Of a stretch of DNA of 60,875 nucleotides, positions 32,969 to 41,915 are shown one piece after another. The notes under the pieces were generated by a model that was not told the DNA's origin, made no database searches, and saw only the letters and a program-made list of their open reading frames with translations. The position numbers and the translations under genes were made by a program. This stretch comes from Sandaracinaceae bacterium (GTDB lineage Bacteria > Myxococcota_A > Polyangia > Polyangiales > Sandaracinaceae), in assembly GCA_044220955.1 (NCBI GenBank), contig JBGAQA010000038.1, forward strand, positions 1-60,875, written 5' to 3'. Numbering within the stretch: the first letter of the stretch is position 1; each line of letters starts with the position of its first letter.

Positions 32969-33131
32969 CCATGTAATGTCCATATAAAACATGGGCAGTA
33001 TCTAACACGACCCGGCGGACCTGTCACGCCACCCGGCGACGGGGGTCACTCCACGGCCTCCTGATCAGCGGAGATCACCGCGCTCGTCAGACCGAATGTG
33101 AGATCCCCGAGTGAGGTACCCTGAGATCGCG

Positions 33132-33935
33132 ATGATCCTCGAGCTACGCCGCTCGCTCTCCGAGGCGCCCGAGGTCGTCTGGCCACTTCTGATCCTCGTC
33201 GCGCTCGCGCTCGCCGTCTCGGCGTGCGGGCCGCCATCCTGGCCCGAAGTGGCGTACTCGAGCGAGGCCGACACCGTTCGCTTCGCGGTGGCGCCGGCCG
33301 ACCCGATCGAGGGCGAGGAGGTCACGATCGTGCTGCCGATGGGCAGCGTCAGCGGTTGCCACGCGTTCGACGGCAGCGTGCGCCGCGAGGTGATCGACGG
33401 CGTCACGCACGTCGCGCTCGATGGAGCCTCGGCGGGCGCGTGCGAGATCGTGGCCGCGAGCGGCAGCGGGTCGTCGCAGGCGCTCGGCACGCTCGCGCCC
33501 GGGGCGTACGAGGTGCGCGCGGGCGAGCGCACGCTGAGCTTCGTGGTGCGCGCGTCGTCGACCTCGCCCGGGCCCCCGCCGCTCTGGTGGCAGGTCGCGC
33601 ACGCGGTGGCAGAGCGAAACGCCGTCGCGTCGGCGTGCTCCGCGCCGTACGAGCGCAGCGCCGCCGAGCGCCCGTGGAGCCAGCGCGACCCACGCCTGCA
33701 CCACCAGGTCGCGGCCGCGCATCCCGCGTGGACCGACGCGCAGATCGAGGGCGCGATGTGCGCGGCGCAGTCGGTGCAGGTGCGCGCCGTCTCCGAGCAC
33801 GAGCTGCGCTACCGCCACTCGGCGAGCTCGCTCTGCCACACCGCCGAGGCGATCGGCACGGTCCGCGTCCACGACGACGGCACGTTCGAGATCGAGGCGC
33901 CGTACATCGTCGACGGCCGCGACGTGCCCTGCTGA
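33132..33935 (+). CDS. Hypothetical lipoprotein
   Basis: Hydrophobic stretch ending LAVSA-C; TACCCT box 9 nt upstream of ATG 33132. Confidence 0.65.
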   Translation: MILELRRSLSEAPEVVWPLLILVALALAVSACGPPSWPEVAYSSEADTVRFAVAPADPIEGEEVTIVLPMGSVSGCHAFDGSVRREVIDGVTHVALDGASAGACEIVAASGSGSSQALGTLAPGAYEVRAGERTLSFVVRASSTSPGPPPLWWQVAHAVAERNAVASACSAPYERSAAERPWSQRDPRLHHQVAAAHPAWTDAQIEGAMCAAQSVQVRAVSEHELRYRHSASSLCHTAEAIGTVRVHDDGTFEIEAPYIVDGRDVPC

Positions 33936-34000
33936 TCCCCGGCTTGGCCCCCGCGTATCGCGTGGTCAGACCGTCGGTGAAGACGATGCAGAGCTCGGCC

Positions 34001-34177
34001 TCAGCGCTTGCCCTTGTACTCCATCATCCCACGCACGGCCTGCTCGCTCGCGGCGCCGATCTCGGCCTCTTCCTCCGCGCGCGACTTGCAGTCCTCGCAG
34101 ACCTTCTTGGTCTTGCCGCCGATCTTCACGGCGAAGAGCTCATCCGTCTCCTCGCCGCAGCTCTTGCACGTCGCCAT
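34001..34177 (-). CDS. 58-aa Zn-ribbon-like small protein (absent from ORF track)
   Basis: MATCKSCGEETDELFAVKIGGKTKKVCEDCKSRAEEEAEIGAASEQAVRGMMEYKGKR*; GAGGAG RBS, GC-ending codons, CxxC..CxxC. Confidence 0.8.
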   Translation of the reverse strand: MATCKSCGEETDELFAVKIGGKTKKVCEDCKSRAEEEAEIGAASEQAVRGMMEYKGKR

Positions 34178-34186
34178 GGGTGCTCC

Positions 34187-35305
34187 TCAGGTGCTGCAGA
34201 CGCCGTAGGTGACGCCGTTGACCACGATCGGCGTCGTGAAGCCGAGGCAGGTGTGGCCGATGGAGCAGCCCGCGCCGGTCGTCACGTTGCACCAGTGGTG
34301 GCACGCCGGGCCGAGCCCGTCGCCCGTGTCGACGCAGTAGCGGTCGGGCGAGCACGTCGGCGCCGCGGTCGAGCACGTCATGTCCTCGCCCGTCCCCGTG
34401 GTCGGCGCCGTGCAGTCGGTGAACGTGCGCATCATCCCGGCCGTCTCGCTGAAGATCGTGCACACCGATCCCGCGGCGCAGCCGAGGTTCGTCGCCGCGT
34501 TGCACGGGTGCGAGCAGAGCGTGAGGCCGGGGACGGCCATCCCCGTGCCGTCGTCGAGCTGGTAGATGCAGAGCCCGCCGCCGCACTCCGTGTCGGTCGT
34601 GCACATGTGCGTGCAGAGCGAGACGGGCGCGCCGCTCGCCGCCACGTTCAGGCACGCGTAGGTGGGGGCGCAGCTCGAGTTGCTGGTGCACGGCGCGCCG
34701 CCCGTGCCGGTGCCGGCGGTCGTGCAGACGCGCGAGGCGCCCGCCGGGTAGCAGGCCTGACCCGCCGCGCAGCCGCACTGTGGCGAGAGGAGGCGGCACG
34801 GGCTCTCCGCGCACGAGGTCGAGCAGCCGCTGGCCATGCACGTCGCGCCGCCCGCGCAGGTGGTCGTGTTCACGCAGGTGCCGGGCTCCGAGCAGCTGTC
34901 GGTCGTGCACGCGAGGCCGTCGGAGCAGTCGATCGGCGCGCTGGCCGCCACGCACGCGCCCGCCACGCAGCGCTCGGCGCCGTTGCAGCCGAGCCCGTCG
35001 CTGCACTGCCCGTCGTTGCGGCAGCCGGTGTCGGGCGCCGGCGTCCCCGTGTCCGCCACGAACGCGTCCATCCGGACGATCCCACCGGTGTCGGTCATCA
35101 TCATCATCATCGTGCCGGCGTCGTGGCCGGCGTCCGTGCCGCCGCCGCCCATGTCGGGCGCGCCGCCGCCCATGTCCACCGCCGTGCCGCCGTCGCGGGC
35201 GCCGCTGTCGGCGGACGCGCGTCCCGAGTCGCGCGTGCGGCCCGAGCCGTTCGCGCAGGCGGGGACGAGGACGAGGACCAGGGCAGCGAGAAGCATGGCG
35301 CGCAT
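34187..35305 (-). CDS. Cys-rich lipoprotein with Dictyostelium-type (CxDxxxCTxDxC) repeat
   Basis: Lipobox VPAC, DMG/DTG linker, CSDGLGCNGAERC, DCSDGLACTTDSC, dense Cys. Confidence 0.82.
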   Translation of the reverse strand: MRAMLLAALVLVLVPACANGSGRTRDSGRASADSGARDGGTAVDMGGGAPDMGGGGTDAGHDAGTMMMMMTDTGGIVRMDAFVADTGTPAPDTGCRNDGQCSDGLGCNGAERCVAGACVAASAPIDCSDGLACTTDSCSEPGTCVNTTTCAGGATCMASGCSTSCAESPCRLLSPQCGCAAGQACYPAGASRVCTTAGTGTGGAPCTSNSSCAPTYACLNVAASGAPVSLCTHMCTTDTECGGGLCIYQLDDGTGMAVPGLTLCSHPCNAATNLGCAAGSVCTIFSETAGMMRTFTDCTAPTTGTGEDMTCSTAAPTCSPDRYCVDTGDGLGPACHHWCNVTTGAGCSIGHTCLGFTTPIVVNGVTYGVCST

Positions 35306-35509
35306 GGGTTGGCTCCGCGGCGAGGCCCTGGACGACCGGGCGACCCCTCAACAAAGCACGTCACGGGCTCCGGCGCACGTCTCGACGGGAGAGCTCGCCT
35401 CGGAGCGCCCGGACGGGAGCGCGCGCCGCGCGCGGACGGGAGGGACCGACAGGCGAGCCGACACAATTCGGGGGCGTAACATCGTCCCGGTCGTATCCTG
35501 CCGGCCGCC

Positions 35510-38206
35510 ATGCACCCGGGGATCCGCCGCATCGAGACGCTCGTGCCCCGCAAGGCCGTGCTCTTCGGGGGCAAGGCCCGATCGCTCGCCGCGCTGGCGC
35601 GGGCCGGCTTCCCGGTCCCCGCGGCGTTCGCCATCTCGTCCGAGGTCATGACCGAGGCCCTCGTCGCCGCGCTCTCGCCGGACGAACTGCCGGAGCGCAT
35701 CCTCGCGGCGCCCGCGAGGGACGTGTCCGAGGCTCGCCTGGCTGGGATCGCCGCCCGGGTGCGGGAGTCGCCGATCCCGCGCCCGGCGCTCGAGGCGATC
35801 CGGCGGCTGCACGCGGGCCTTCGGGCCGAGGGCGCGGGGGCCGTCGCGGTGCGCTCGTCGGCCCTGCGCGAGGACGAGGACGCGCGGTCGGCGGCGGGGC
35901 TCTTCGAGAGCGTCCTCGGCGTCACCACCGACGAGGCGATCGAGGACGCGATCCGCCGGGTCTGGGCGAGCCTCTACGCGCCGCGCGTCGTGGCGTACCT
36001 CCGGGCGCTCGGCGTGACCGATCGCGCGGCGCTGGGCGTCGTGGTGCAGGCGCTCGTGCCGGCGGACGCAGCGGGCGTGCTCTTCACGGTGAACCCGCTC
36101 TCCGGTGACGACGGCGAGATGGTGGTGAACGCCGCGTACGGTCTCGGTGGGCCGGTGGTCGACGGCCGCGTCTCTCCCGACACCGTCCGGATCGACAAGG
36201 CGACGCGCTACGTCCGCGACCGCGTCCTGGGCGAGAAGGCGAGCGCGCTGCGCTTCTCCGTCGAGCGCGGCGCCTACGAGGAGCCCGTCGAGGCGGCCGA
36301 CGCTGCCCGTTTCGTGCTCGACGAGCGCGCGATCGCGGCGCTCGCCGATCTCGGCGTTCGGATCGAGGGGCATTTCGGCGATGCGCGCGACGTGGAGTGG
36401 GCGATCGTCGGCTCCACGATCTACGTCCTGCAGGCACGGCCGGTCACGGCGCTGAAGAGACCGCCGGTGCGCCCGGGGGCGCGGCGACTGGCGGCAGACC
36501 GCGCGAAGACCGTGTGGTCGAACCTCAACGTGGGCGAGGCACTGCCCGGCGTGGCGACGCCGTTCACGTGGTCGATCCTCAGCGGGTTCTCGGATCTCGG
36601 GTTCCGCAGGGCGTTCGGCGCGCTCGGCTGCGTGGTGCCGAAGGACGCCGAGCTCGTCGGGAACTTCCGCGGGCGCATCTACCTCAACATGAGCGAGTTC
36701 TTCGCGATCGCGTCGCAGGTGCCCGGCCTCTCGCCGAAGGTCCTGCTCTCGCTCGGTGGCGGTGACGAGGCCGAGCGTCTCGAGATCGATCACGCCGGGG
36801 TGGGGTCGGCGGGGTTCTGGGCGCGCCTGCCGATGACGACGACGCGCTACGTCCGCGAGAACTTCCGCCTCACCGAGCGGGTCGCCGTGTTCGAGGACGA
36901 GTTCCGGCAAGATGTGCGGCGGATCGAGTCGATCGACTTCCGCTTGCTCAGCGCCACGGCGCTGCACCGTACGCTCGTCGACGTCGAGCGCATGCTCGAC
37001 GCCTCCGGTCAGGTGCTCCTCAACGTCTACGGGAACCTGCTCGCATCGGTCGTCGCGCTCCGCGGCCTCGTGAACGTGGCCCACAGCGCCAAGCGGAGCG
37101 GCCACGGCGAGGCCGACGCCGTGATGCGTGACCTGCTCACGGGCCTGCTCGACGTCGACAGCGCGGGCCCGGGAGTCGCGCTGTGGCGGATCGCGGAGGT
37201 CGCGCGGCGGGACCCGCCCGCGCTCGCGTACCTGGGCAGCAAGGAGCCGAGCGATCTGCGCGTGTCGGAGATCCCGGCCGGTCCCACGCGCCTGGTCTTC
37301 GAGGAGTTCCTCGATCAGTACGGCGACCGCGGCGCCCGCGAGGCCGAGATCGCGGAGCCGCGGTGGCGCGAGGATCCGACGCTGCCCTTCGCGACGGTGC
37401 GGATGCACCTGCGCACGACGGCGGACGCGGCGCCCGTCTCGGGCTCGGGCGCGCTGCGCGGGCCGGGCCTCGCCCCCGAGCGCCAGCGCGAGGTGCGCGC
37501 GCGGGCCGAGGCGCGGCTCGCGAGCGCCGTTCCCTTCTTCGCGCGCGCGCCGATCTCGCGGCTGCTCTCGCTCGTGCAGCACTTCGTGCGGCTGCGCGAG
37601 CGCCTGCGCGGCCACGTCGTGAAGGTGCTGGGGCTGTTCCGTGCGGTGGCGCTCGACGCCTCGCGGCGGATGCTCGCGCTCGAGCCCGGCGTCGGGGACG
37701 GCGGCGCGTTCTTCCTCGGGATCGAGGAGCTGCACGCGGTGCTCCGCGGCGAGGCCCACGGCGTCGCGAGCCTCATCCAGAGCCGCCGGCTGCAGTTCGA
37801 GCGGGATCGCGTCATGCCCGATCCGCCCGACACGTTCGTCGGCTTTCCTCCACCGATCGCCGAGCTCGACGGGTCGAGCGAGCTGCGCGGGGTGGGGGCC
37901 TCCAGCGGCCGCGCGATCGGCCGCGCGCGCGTGCTCAAGTCGTCCCACGAGGCGAGCGCGCTCGAGGCGGGCGAGATCCTCGTCTCGCACCACGCCGACG
38001 TCGGCTGGTCGCCGCTCTTCCTCGCGGCGGGCGCGCTCGTCACGGATCTCGGCGGCGCGCTCTCGCACGCGAGCGTCGTCGCGCGCGAGTTCGGGCTGCC
38101 GGCCGTGGTGAACGTGAAGGTCGGGACGCGCGTGATCGCGACGGGCGACATGCTCGAGGTCGACGGCGACCGGGGGCTCGTGCGGGTGCTGGAGCGGAAG
38201 GGATGA
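35510..38206 (+). CDS. PEP-utilizing enzyme with ATP-grasp, central and phospho-His domains (RPH/PigC-type architecture)
   Basis: GGKA..L, VAVRSSA..ED..S.AG.FES, DVEWA..LQARPVT; C-terminal GGALSHASVVAREFGLPAVV. Confidence 0.88.
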   Translation: MHPGIRRIETLVPRKAVLFGGKARSLAALARAGFPVPAAFAISSEVMTEALVAALSPDELPERILAAPARDVSEARLAGIAARVRESPIPRPALEAIRRLHAGLRAEGAGAVAVRSSALREDEDARSAAGLFESVLGVTTDEAIEDAIRRVWASLYAPRVVAYLRALGVTDRAALGVVVQALVPADAAGVLFTVNPLSGDDGEMVVNAAYGLGGPVVDGRVSPDTVRIDKATRYVRDRVLGEKASALRFSVERGAYEEPVEAADAARFVLDERAIAALADLGVRIEGHFGDARDVEWAIVGSTIYVLQARPVTALKRPPVRPGARRLAADRAKTVWSNLNVGEALPGVATPFTWSILSGFSDLGFRRAFGALGCVVPKDAELVGNFRGRIYLNMSEFFAIASQVPGLSPKVLLSLGGGDEAERLEIDHAGVGSAGFWARLPMTTTRYVRENFRLTERVAVFEDEFRQDVRRIESIDFRLLSATALHRTLVDVERMLDASGQVLLNVYGNLLASVVALRGLVNVAHSAKRSGHGEADAVMRDLLTGLLDVDSAGPGVALWRIAEVARRDPPALAYLGSKEPSDLRVSEIPAGPTRLVFEEFLDQYGDRGAREAEIAEPRWREDPTLPFATVRMHLRTTADAAPVSGSGALRGPGLAPERQREVRARAEARLASAVPFFARAPISRLLSLVQHFVRLRERLRGHVVKVLGLFRAVALDASRRMLALEPGVGDGGAFFLGIEELHAVLRGEAHGVASLIQSRRLQFERDRVMPDPPDTFVGFPPPIAELDGSSELRGVGASSGRAIGRARVLKSSHEASALEAGEILVSHHADVGWSPLFLAAGALVTDLGGALSHASVVAREFGLPAVVNVKVGTRVIATGDMLEVDGDRGLVRVLERKG

Positions 38207-38362
38207 GGGGACGGCTCGGGAGAGCGAGCCGCGGGCGTAGCCCGCCACTGGCAACATCGGCGGCGCGAAGCGCCGCGCAGGTCGCGAACCTGCGAACCGG
38301 TGGCGCGGAGCTGCTTTCGAATGCCGCAACGGAGCGCGAGCGCGAGCGAGGGCGAGACCCCT
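38206..38362. repeat. Multi-hairpin REP-like intergenic element
   Basis: Stems 38212-38231, 38231-38245 (GTA loop), 38260-38276 (GAA loop), 38276-38294; outer pairing 38244-38251/38297-38304 and AGGGG/CCCCT ends. Confidence 0.55.
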
Positions 38363-38368
38363 GCCCGA

Positions 38369-38412
38369 GAAAACCGAAGGCCCGGTCTCCTCTCGGAGCC
38401 GGGCCTGTCGGT
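38369..38412 (-). terminator. Rho-independent terminator of the OmpA/TSP3 gene
   Basis: Minus strand: accgacAGGCCCGGCTCC-gaga-GGAGaCCGGGCCTtcggtTTTC, 16 nt after the stop. Confidence 0.72.
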
Positions 38413-38428
38413 CACGCTGCGGCCCCGC

Positions 38429-40504
38429 TCAGGGCTGCTCGGTGCAGTCGCCGAAGATCTCGGCGCCGGCCGCGGCCGGGTCGAGGATCAGGAAGCTGAC
38501 CCGGCGGTTGGCCTGACGACCCGCGTCGGTGGCGTTGTCGCCGATCGGGTGGCGCGGGCCGCAGCCGAACGCGTGCAGGCGCCCGCCGTCGACCCCGTGC
38601 TCGACCAGCCAGCGGCGCACCGAGGCCGCGCGGCGGCCCGAGAGCGCCATGTTGCGCGCGGCGGCGCCCTGCGAGTCCGTGTGGCCCTCGATGCGGATGC
38701 TCAAGAGCTCCGGGTGCGAGTTCAGGATGTCGAGCACCTGGGTGAGCAGCGGGAAGCTGCGGTCCAGGATGACGTCGCGACCCGTCGCGAACTCGACCTG
38801 GGCCAGCAGCACGATCGTGCCGTGCTCGAGGTCGAGGTCGGCCTCGTGCGGGCAGCCCGCGTCGGCCGCGAGGCCCGAGACCTCGGGGCAGTGGTCGACC
38901 GTGTCGAGCAGGCCGTCCCCGTCGTTGTCGGGATCGGGGCAGCCGTTGCTGTCCTCGAAGCCGTCGTGGTCCTCGGCCTGATCCGGGCACTGGTCGTGCG
39001 CGTCGCGGATGGTGTCGGCGTCACGGTCGCCCGGGGGACCGGCCGGATGGCCCTCCTCGGGGCAGCCGTCGTCGTCCTCGAAGCTGTCTGCGTCCTCGGC
39101 CTGGTCCGGGCACTGGTCGCTGTCGTCCGCGATGCCGTCCTGGTCGAAGTCGGTCTCGGGGCAGCCGTCCTCGTCGCCGTAGCCGTCCGTGTCCTCGGGC
39201 TGATCCGGGCACTGGTCGACGTCGTCGTTGATGTGGTCGCGGTCGCGGTCGTTGTCGGGGCAGCCGTCGTCGTCGCGGTCGCCGTCCATGTCCTCGGGCT
39301 GCGACGGGCACGAGTCGTAGCCGTCCTGGATGCCGTCGCCGTCCGTGTCGACGTCCGGGCAGCCGTCGGTGTCCGTCTGGCCGTCCACGTCCTCCGGCTC
39401 GGACGGGCAGTTGTCGAAGCCGTCGTTGATGCCGTCGCCGTCGTTGTCCTCGTCGGGGCAGCCGTCGGCGTCGTCGAAGTCGTCCATGTCCTCGGCTTCC
39501 GTCGGGCAGTGATCCTGCGCGTCCTGGATGCCGTCGTTGTCCTCGTCGGTGGACAGGGGCGCCCACATGACGCCGCCGAGGATGCGGAACACGGGGATAC
39601 CGATGCCGGCCACGATGCCGGGGCCGCCGCCGATCGAGAAGACCGTGTCGTCCAGTCGGAAGCGCGCGCCCAGCCGGCTCTCGACGCCGTTGCCGTCGAC
39701 GCGCGAGCTGAACGCGGTCGCGCCGTTCACCTCGGCGAACACGTCGATGAGCGGCGTGATCTCGTAGCCGAGCGCGAAGGCGTAGGTGAGCTGACCCGTG
39801 GCCTGCGTCGAGAAGAGCGTCTGGCCGTCGCGCCAGACGCCGCCGACGTTGACCGCCACGTGCAGGCCCGAGTTGACGAGCTCGGCGATGAGGTGGCCGC
39901 CGAACGTCGGCGTCTCGTCGCCGAGGTAGTGGCGCGCCGCGATGGCGTGGCCGAGCGGCGCCGTCCCGTAGATCACGGCGCCGAGGTGGAACCCGCTCGA
40001 TGCGTCGTCGAGGATGTTCACCTTGATGTGAAGGCGCGGATCCGAGACCGCGAACGCCGTCCCGCCAGGGACGAGCGTCGGCTGCGGGCCGCTGCCCGGC
40101 TGGATGAACGAGTCACCGAACGCGAGCGCCAGCGGCACGGCGAGGCTGATCTGGAGCCGATCGAAGAGCGCGATGCCGCCGTACACGTGCGCGACCGCGA
40201 GGTCGCTGATGATGTTCGTCGCCGCACCGTCCGCACGGCAGTTGTTCCCCATCGCGTCGCAGGTCGCGGGGTAGAGGCGGAACGGCTGGTAGGCGTAGTC
40301 GAGCATGAGCCCGGCGAAACCGTTGAGGTTGCCGTGCACGACCGCGCCGTCGGTCATGAAGTAGTTGCCCGGCCCCGGGGCGACCTGGAACCGGAGCGCG
40401 GAGAAGTCACCGAGCGGCGGGGTCTGCGCGTGCGCCTCGCGGGCCCCGAGCAGCATGGTGACGAACATCACGACTACAAAAGCGAGGCGGGCCGATCGGC
40501 GCAT
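38429..40504 (-). CDS. OmpA-family outer-membrane protein with thrombospondin type-3 repeats (TraB-like architecture)
   Basis: Signal peptide (AHA/Q), beta-barrel-like N-half, seven ~33-aa D.D.DG..D..D.CP...ED.D...D.DGCP units, OmpA C-terminus (IEGHTD, LS.RRA, NRRV). Confidence 0.92.
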   Translation of the reverse strand: MRRSARLAFVVVMFVTMLLGAREAHAQTPPLGDFSALRFQVAPGPGNYFMTDGAVVHGNLNGFAGLMLDYAYQPFRLYPATCDAMGNNCRADGAATNIISDLAVAHVYGGIALFDRLQISLAVPLALAFGDSFIQPGSGPQPTLVPGGTAFAVSDPRLHIKVNILDDASSGFHLGAVIYGTAPLGHAIAARHYLGDETPTFGGHLIAELVNSGLHVAVNVGGVWRDGQTLFSTQATGQLTYAFALGYEITPLIDVFAEVNGATAFSSRVDGNGVESRLGARFRLDDTVFSIGGGPGIVAGIGIPVFRILGGVMWAPLSTDEDNDGIQDAQDHCPTEAEDMDDFDDADGCPDEDNDGDGINDGFDNCPSEPEDVDGQTDTDGCPDVDTDGDGIQDGYDSCPSQPEDMDGDRDDDGCPDNDRDRDHINDDVDQCPDQPEDTDGYGDEDGCPETDFDQDGIADDSDQCPDQAEDADSFEDDDGCPEEGHPAGPPGDRDADTIRDAHDQCPDQAEDHDGFEDSNGCPDPDNDGDGLLDTVDHCPEVSGLAADAGCPHEADLDLEHGTIVLLAQVEFATGRDVILDRSFPLLTQVLDILNSHPELLSIRIEGHTDSQGAAARNMALSGRRAASVRRWLVEHGVDGGRLHAFGCGPRHPIGDNATDAGRQANRRVSFLILDPAAAGAEIFGDCTEQP

Positions 40505-40640
40505 TCTCGTTCTCCCAACGGGTCGGCACGCGCCGGCCCCGAAACGTGCCGCGAGTATCGCCGAGGTTCCGGGGGTATCGCAACGACGATGCGACAGGCC
40601 GCCACAGTTCTAGCGAGAGCGGCCGGCCTCGCGCGCGGGG

Positions 40641-41453
40641 TCAGATCCGCAGGCTGAAGTTGCAGTCGAAGCTGACCTCGGTCGCCACCGCGTTGCCGTC
40701 GCGGTCGAGCGGATGAGCCCAGGCCCCGGCCTCCTCGAGCACCTCCACGCACGCGGCCCCGAACCCCTCGTGGCTCTCCGCGCGCACGCGCATGCGCGAG
40801 ACGGATCCGTCGGCCCCGATCCTCAGGCGGACGCGCGCGCTGCCCTCGATCGAGAGGTTGCGGAGCTCCCTCGGGTAGTGGAGGCGGATCAGCTCGGTCA
40901 GGCGATCTCGCGAGGGCGCCGCGGGCATCTGGGAGAGGTCGCGCATCGCGACCAGGCGCGGCCCCGGCGGGCCGGTCCCCGTGGCGCCGATCTCGCCGCC
41001 GGGCACCCCCTCGCGGCGACGGCCGGTCACCTCGCCGGTCGGCCCGCCGATCGGGGCGTCCATGGGCCCTCCGGTGCCGACGGCGCTCGACCACGATGCC
41101 CCCGGGGTGTCGTTCGTCAGCGTCTCGCCCGAGAAGTCCTCGATCTGCTCCTCGGCCGCGGGCGGCGGCTCCTCGGGCGGCGCCTCGGGCGGGGGCGTCT
41201 CGGGTCGCTCGCGCCGGACGGGAGGGGGCGGCGGCTCCTCCGGCTCCGGTGGGGTCGCCTCCGGCTCGGGCTCGGGGGGCGGCGCGGGCGGGGGCGGCTC
41301 CTGGACCAGCGCGACCTCGTCGATGCGGAGCACCGCGATCATGTCGTCGAGCGTCGGCAGCGCGGCCAGGCCGATCCACGCCGCGACGTGGGCGGCGAGG
41401 CTCACGAGGAGCACGCCGAGCAGGATCTGGTTGCTTCTGCGCGAGTCGTACAT
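40641..41453 (-). CDS. tonB: TonB-like energy transducer
   Basis: TM with SLAAH, long Pro/Glu linker, TonB_C-like YP......IEG...V...IGADG.V. Confidence 0.85.
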   Translation of the reverse strand: MYDSRRSNQILLGVLLVSLAAHVAAWIGLAALPTLDDMIAVLRIDEVALVQEPPPPAPPPEPEPEATPPEPEEPPPPPVRRERPETPPPEAPPEEPPPAAEEQIEDFSGETLTNDTPGASWSSAVGTGGPMDAPIGGPTGEVTGRRREGVPGGEIGATGTGPPGPRLVAMRDLSQMPAAPSRDRLTELIRLHYPRELRNLSIEGSARVRLRIGADGSVSRMRVRAESHEGFGAACVEVLEEAGAWAHPLDRDGNAVATEVSFDCNFSLRI

Positions 41454-41483
41454 CTCGGTGCCGCGCGGCCAGCCGTCCTGACG

Positions 41484-41912
41484 CTATGGAGTGGCGAGAT
41501 CTTCGGGGCGCACGTTGATCGCGAAGTGCGACACGTGGAGGCGGCGGAGCAGATCCATGATGTGCACGACCTGTCCGTGCGAGACGCGGCCGTCCGCGGC
41601 GATGGTCGCTCGCGCCTCGGCCTCGCCCACCCGGCCCACGTACTGCTCGACGCGGGTGCGCAGCGCCGGCTCCTCGATCGGCTCGGCGTCGAGGTAGAGC
41701 GCGCCCTGCTGGTCGATCGAGATCGCGAGCGCCTGCGGCGGCGTGCCCTCACCGCTGGCGGCGTTGGGCAGGTCCATCGGGATGCTCTTGCTGACGATGT
41801 AGCTGGCCGTGACCATGAGGATGATCAGCAGCACGAGCACGACGTCGACGAGCGGCGTCACGTTGATCGCCGTGATCATCTCGTCGTCGTCCTTCTGTGC
41901 GCCGCCCGCCAT
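41484..41912 (-). CDS. exbD: ExbD/TolR family protein
   Basis: INVTPLVDVVLVLLIILMV with the essential Asp; IAAD..V.HG.V..IMD. Confidence 0.93.
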   Translation of the reverse strand: MAGGAQKDDDEMITAINVTPLVDVVLVLLIILMVTASYIVSKSIPMDLPNAASGEGTPPQALAISIDQQGALYLDAEPIEEPALRTRVEQYVGRVGEAEARATIAADGRVSHGQVVHIMDLLRRLHVSHFAINVRPEDLATP

Positions 41913-41915
41913 GGC

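Noticed and set aside
34187..35305. Cys-rich lipoprotein as a TraA partner of the TraB-like gene
   Set aside because: It lacks a recognisable PA14-like domain and MYXO-CTERM tail, and lies downstream, separated by the dikinase gene, rather than directly upstream.
35510..38206. Annotation as ppsA or as bona fide rifampicin phosphotransferase rph
   Set aside because: The domain order excludes PpsA, and rifamycin specificity cannot be read from the sequence.
38880..39550. Regularly spaced ~99-bp repeats resembling a CRISPR array
   Set aside because: They are degenerate in-frame TSP3 coding repeats; there are no identical repeats with unique spacers and no cas genes.
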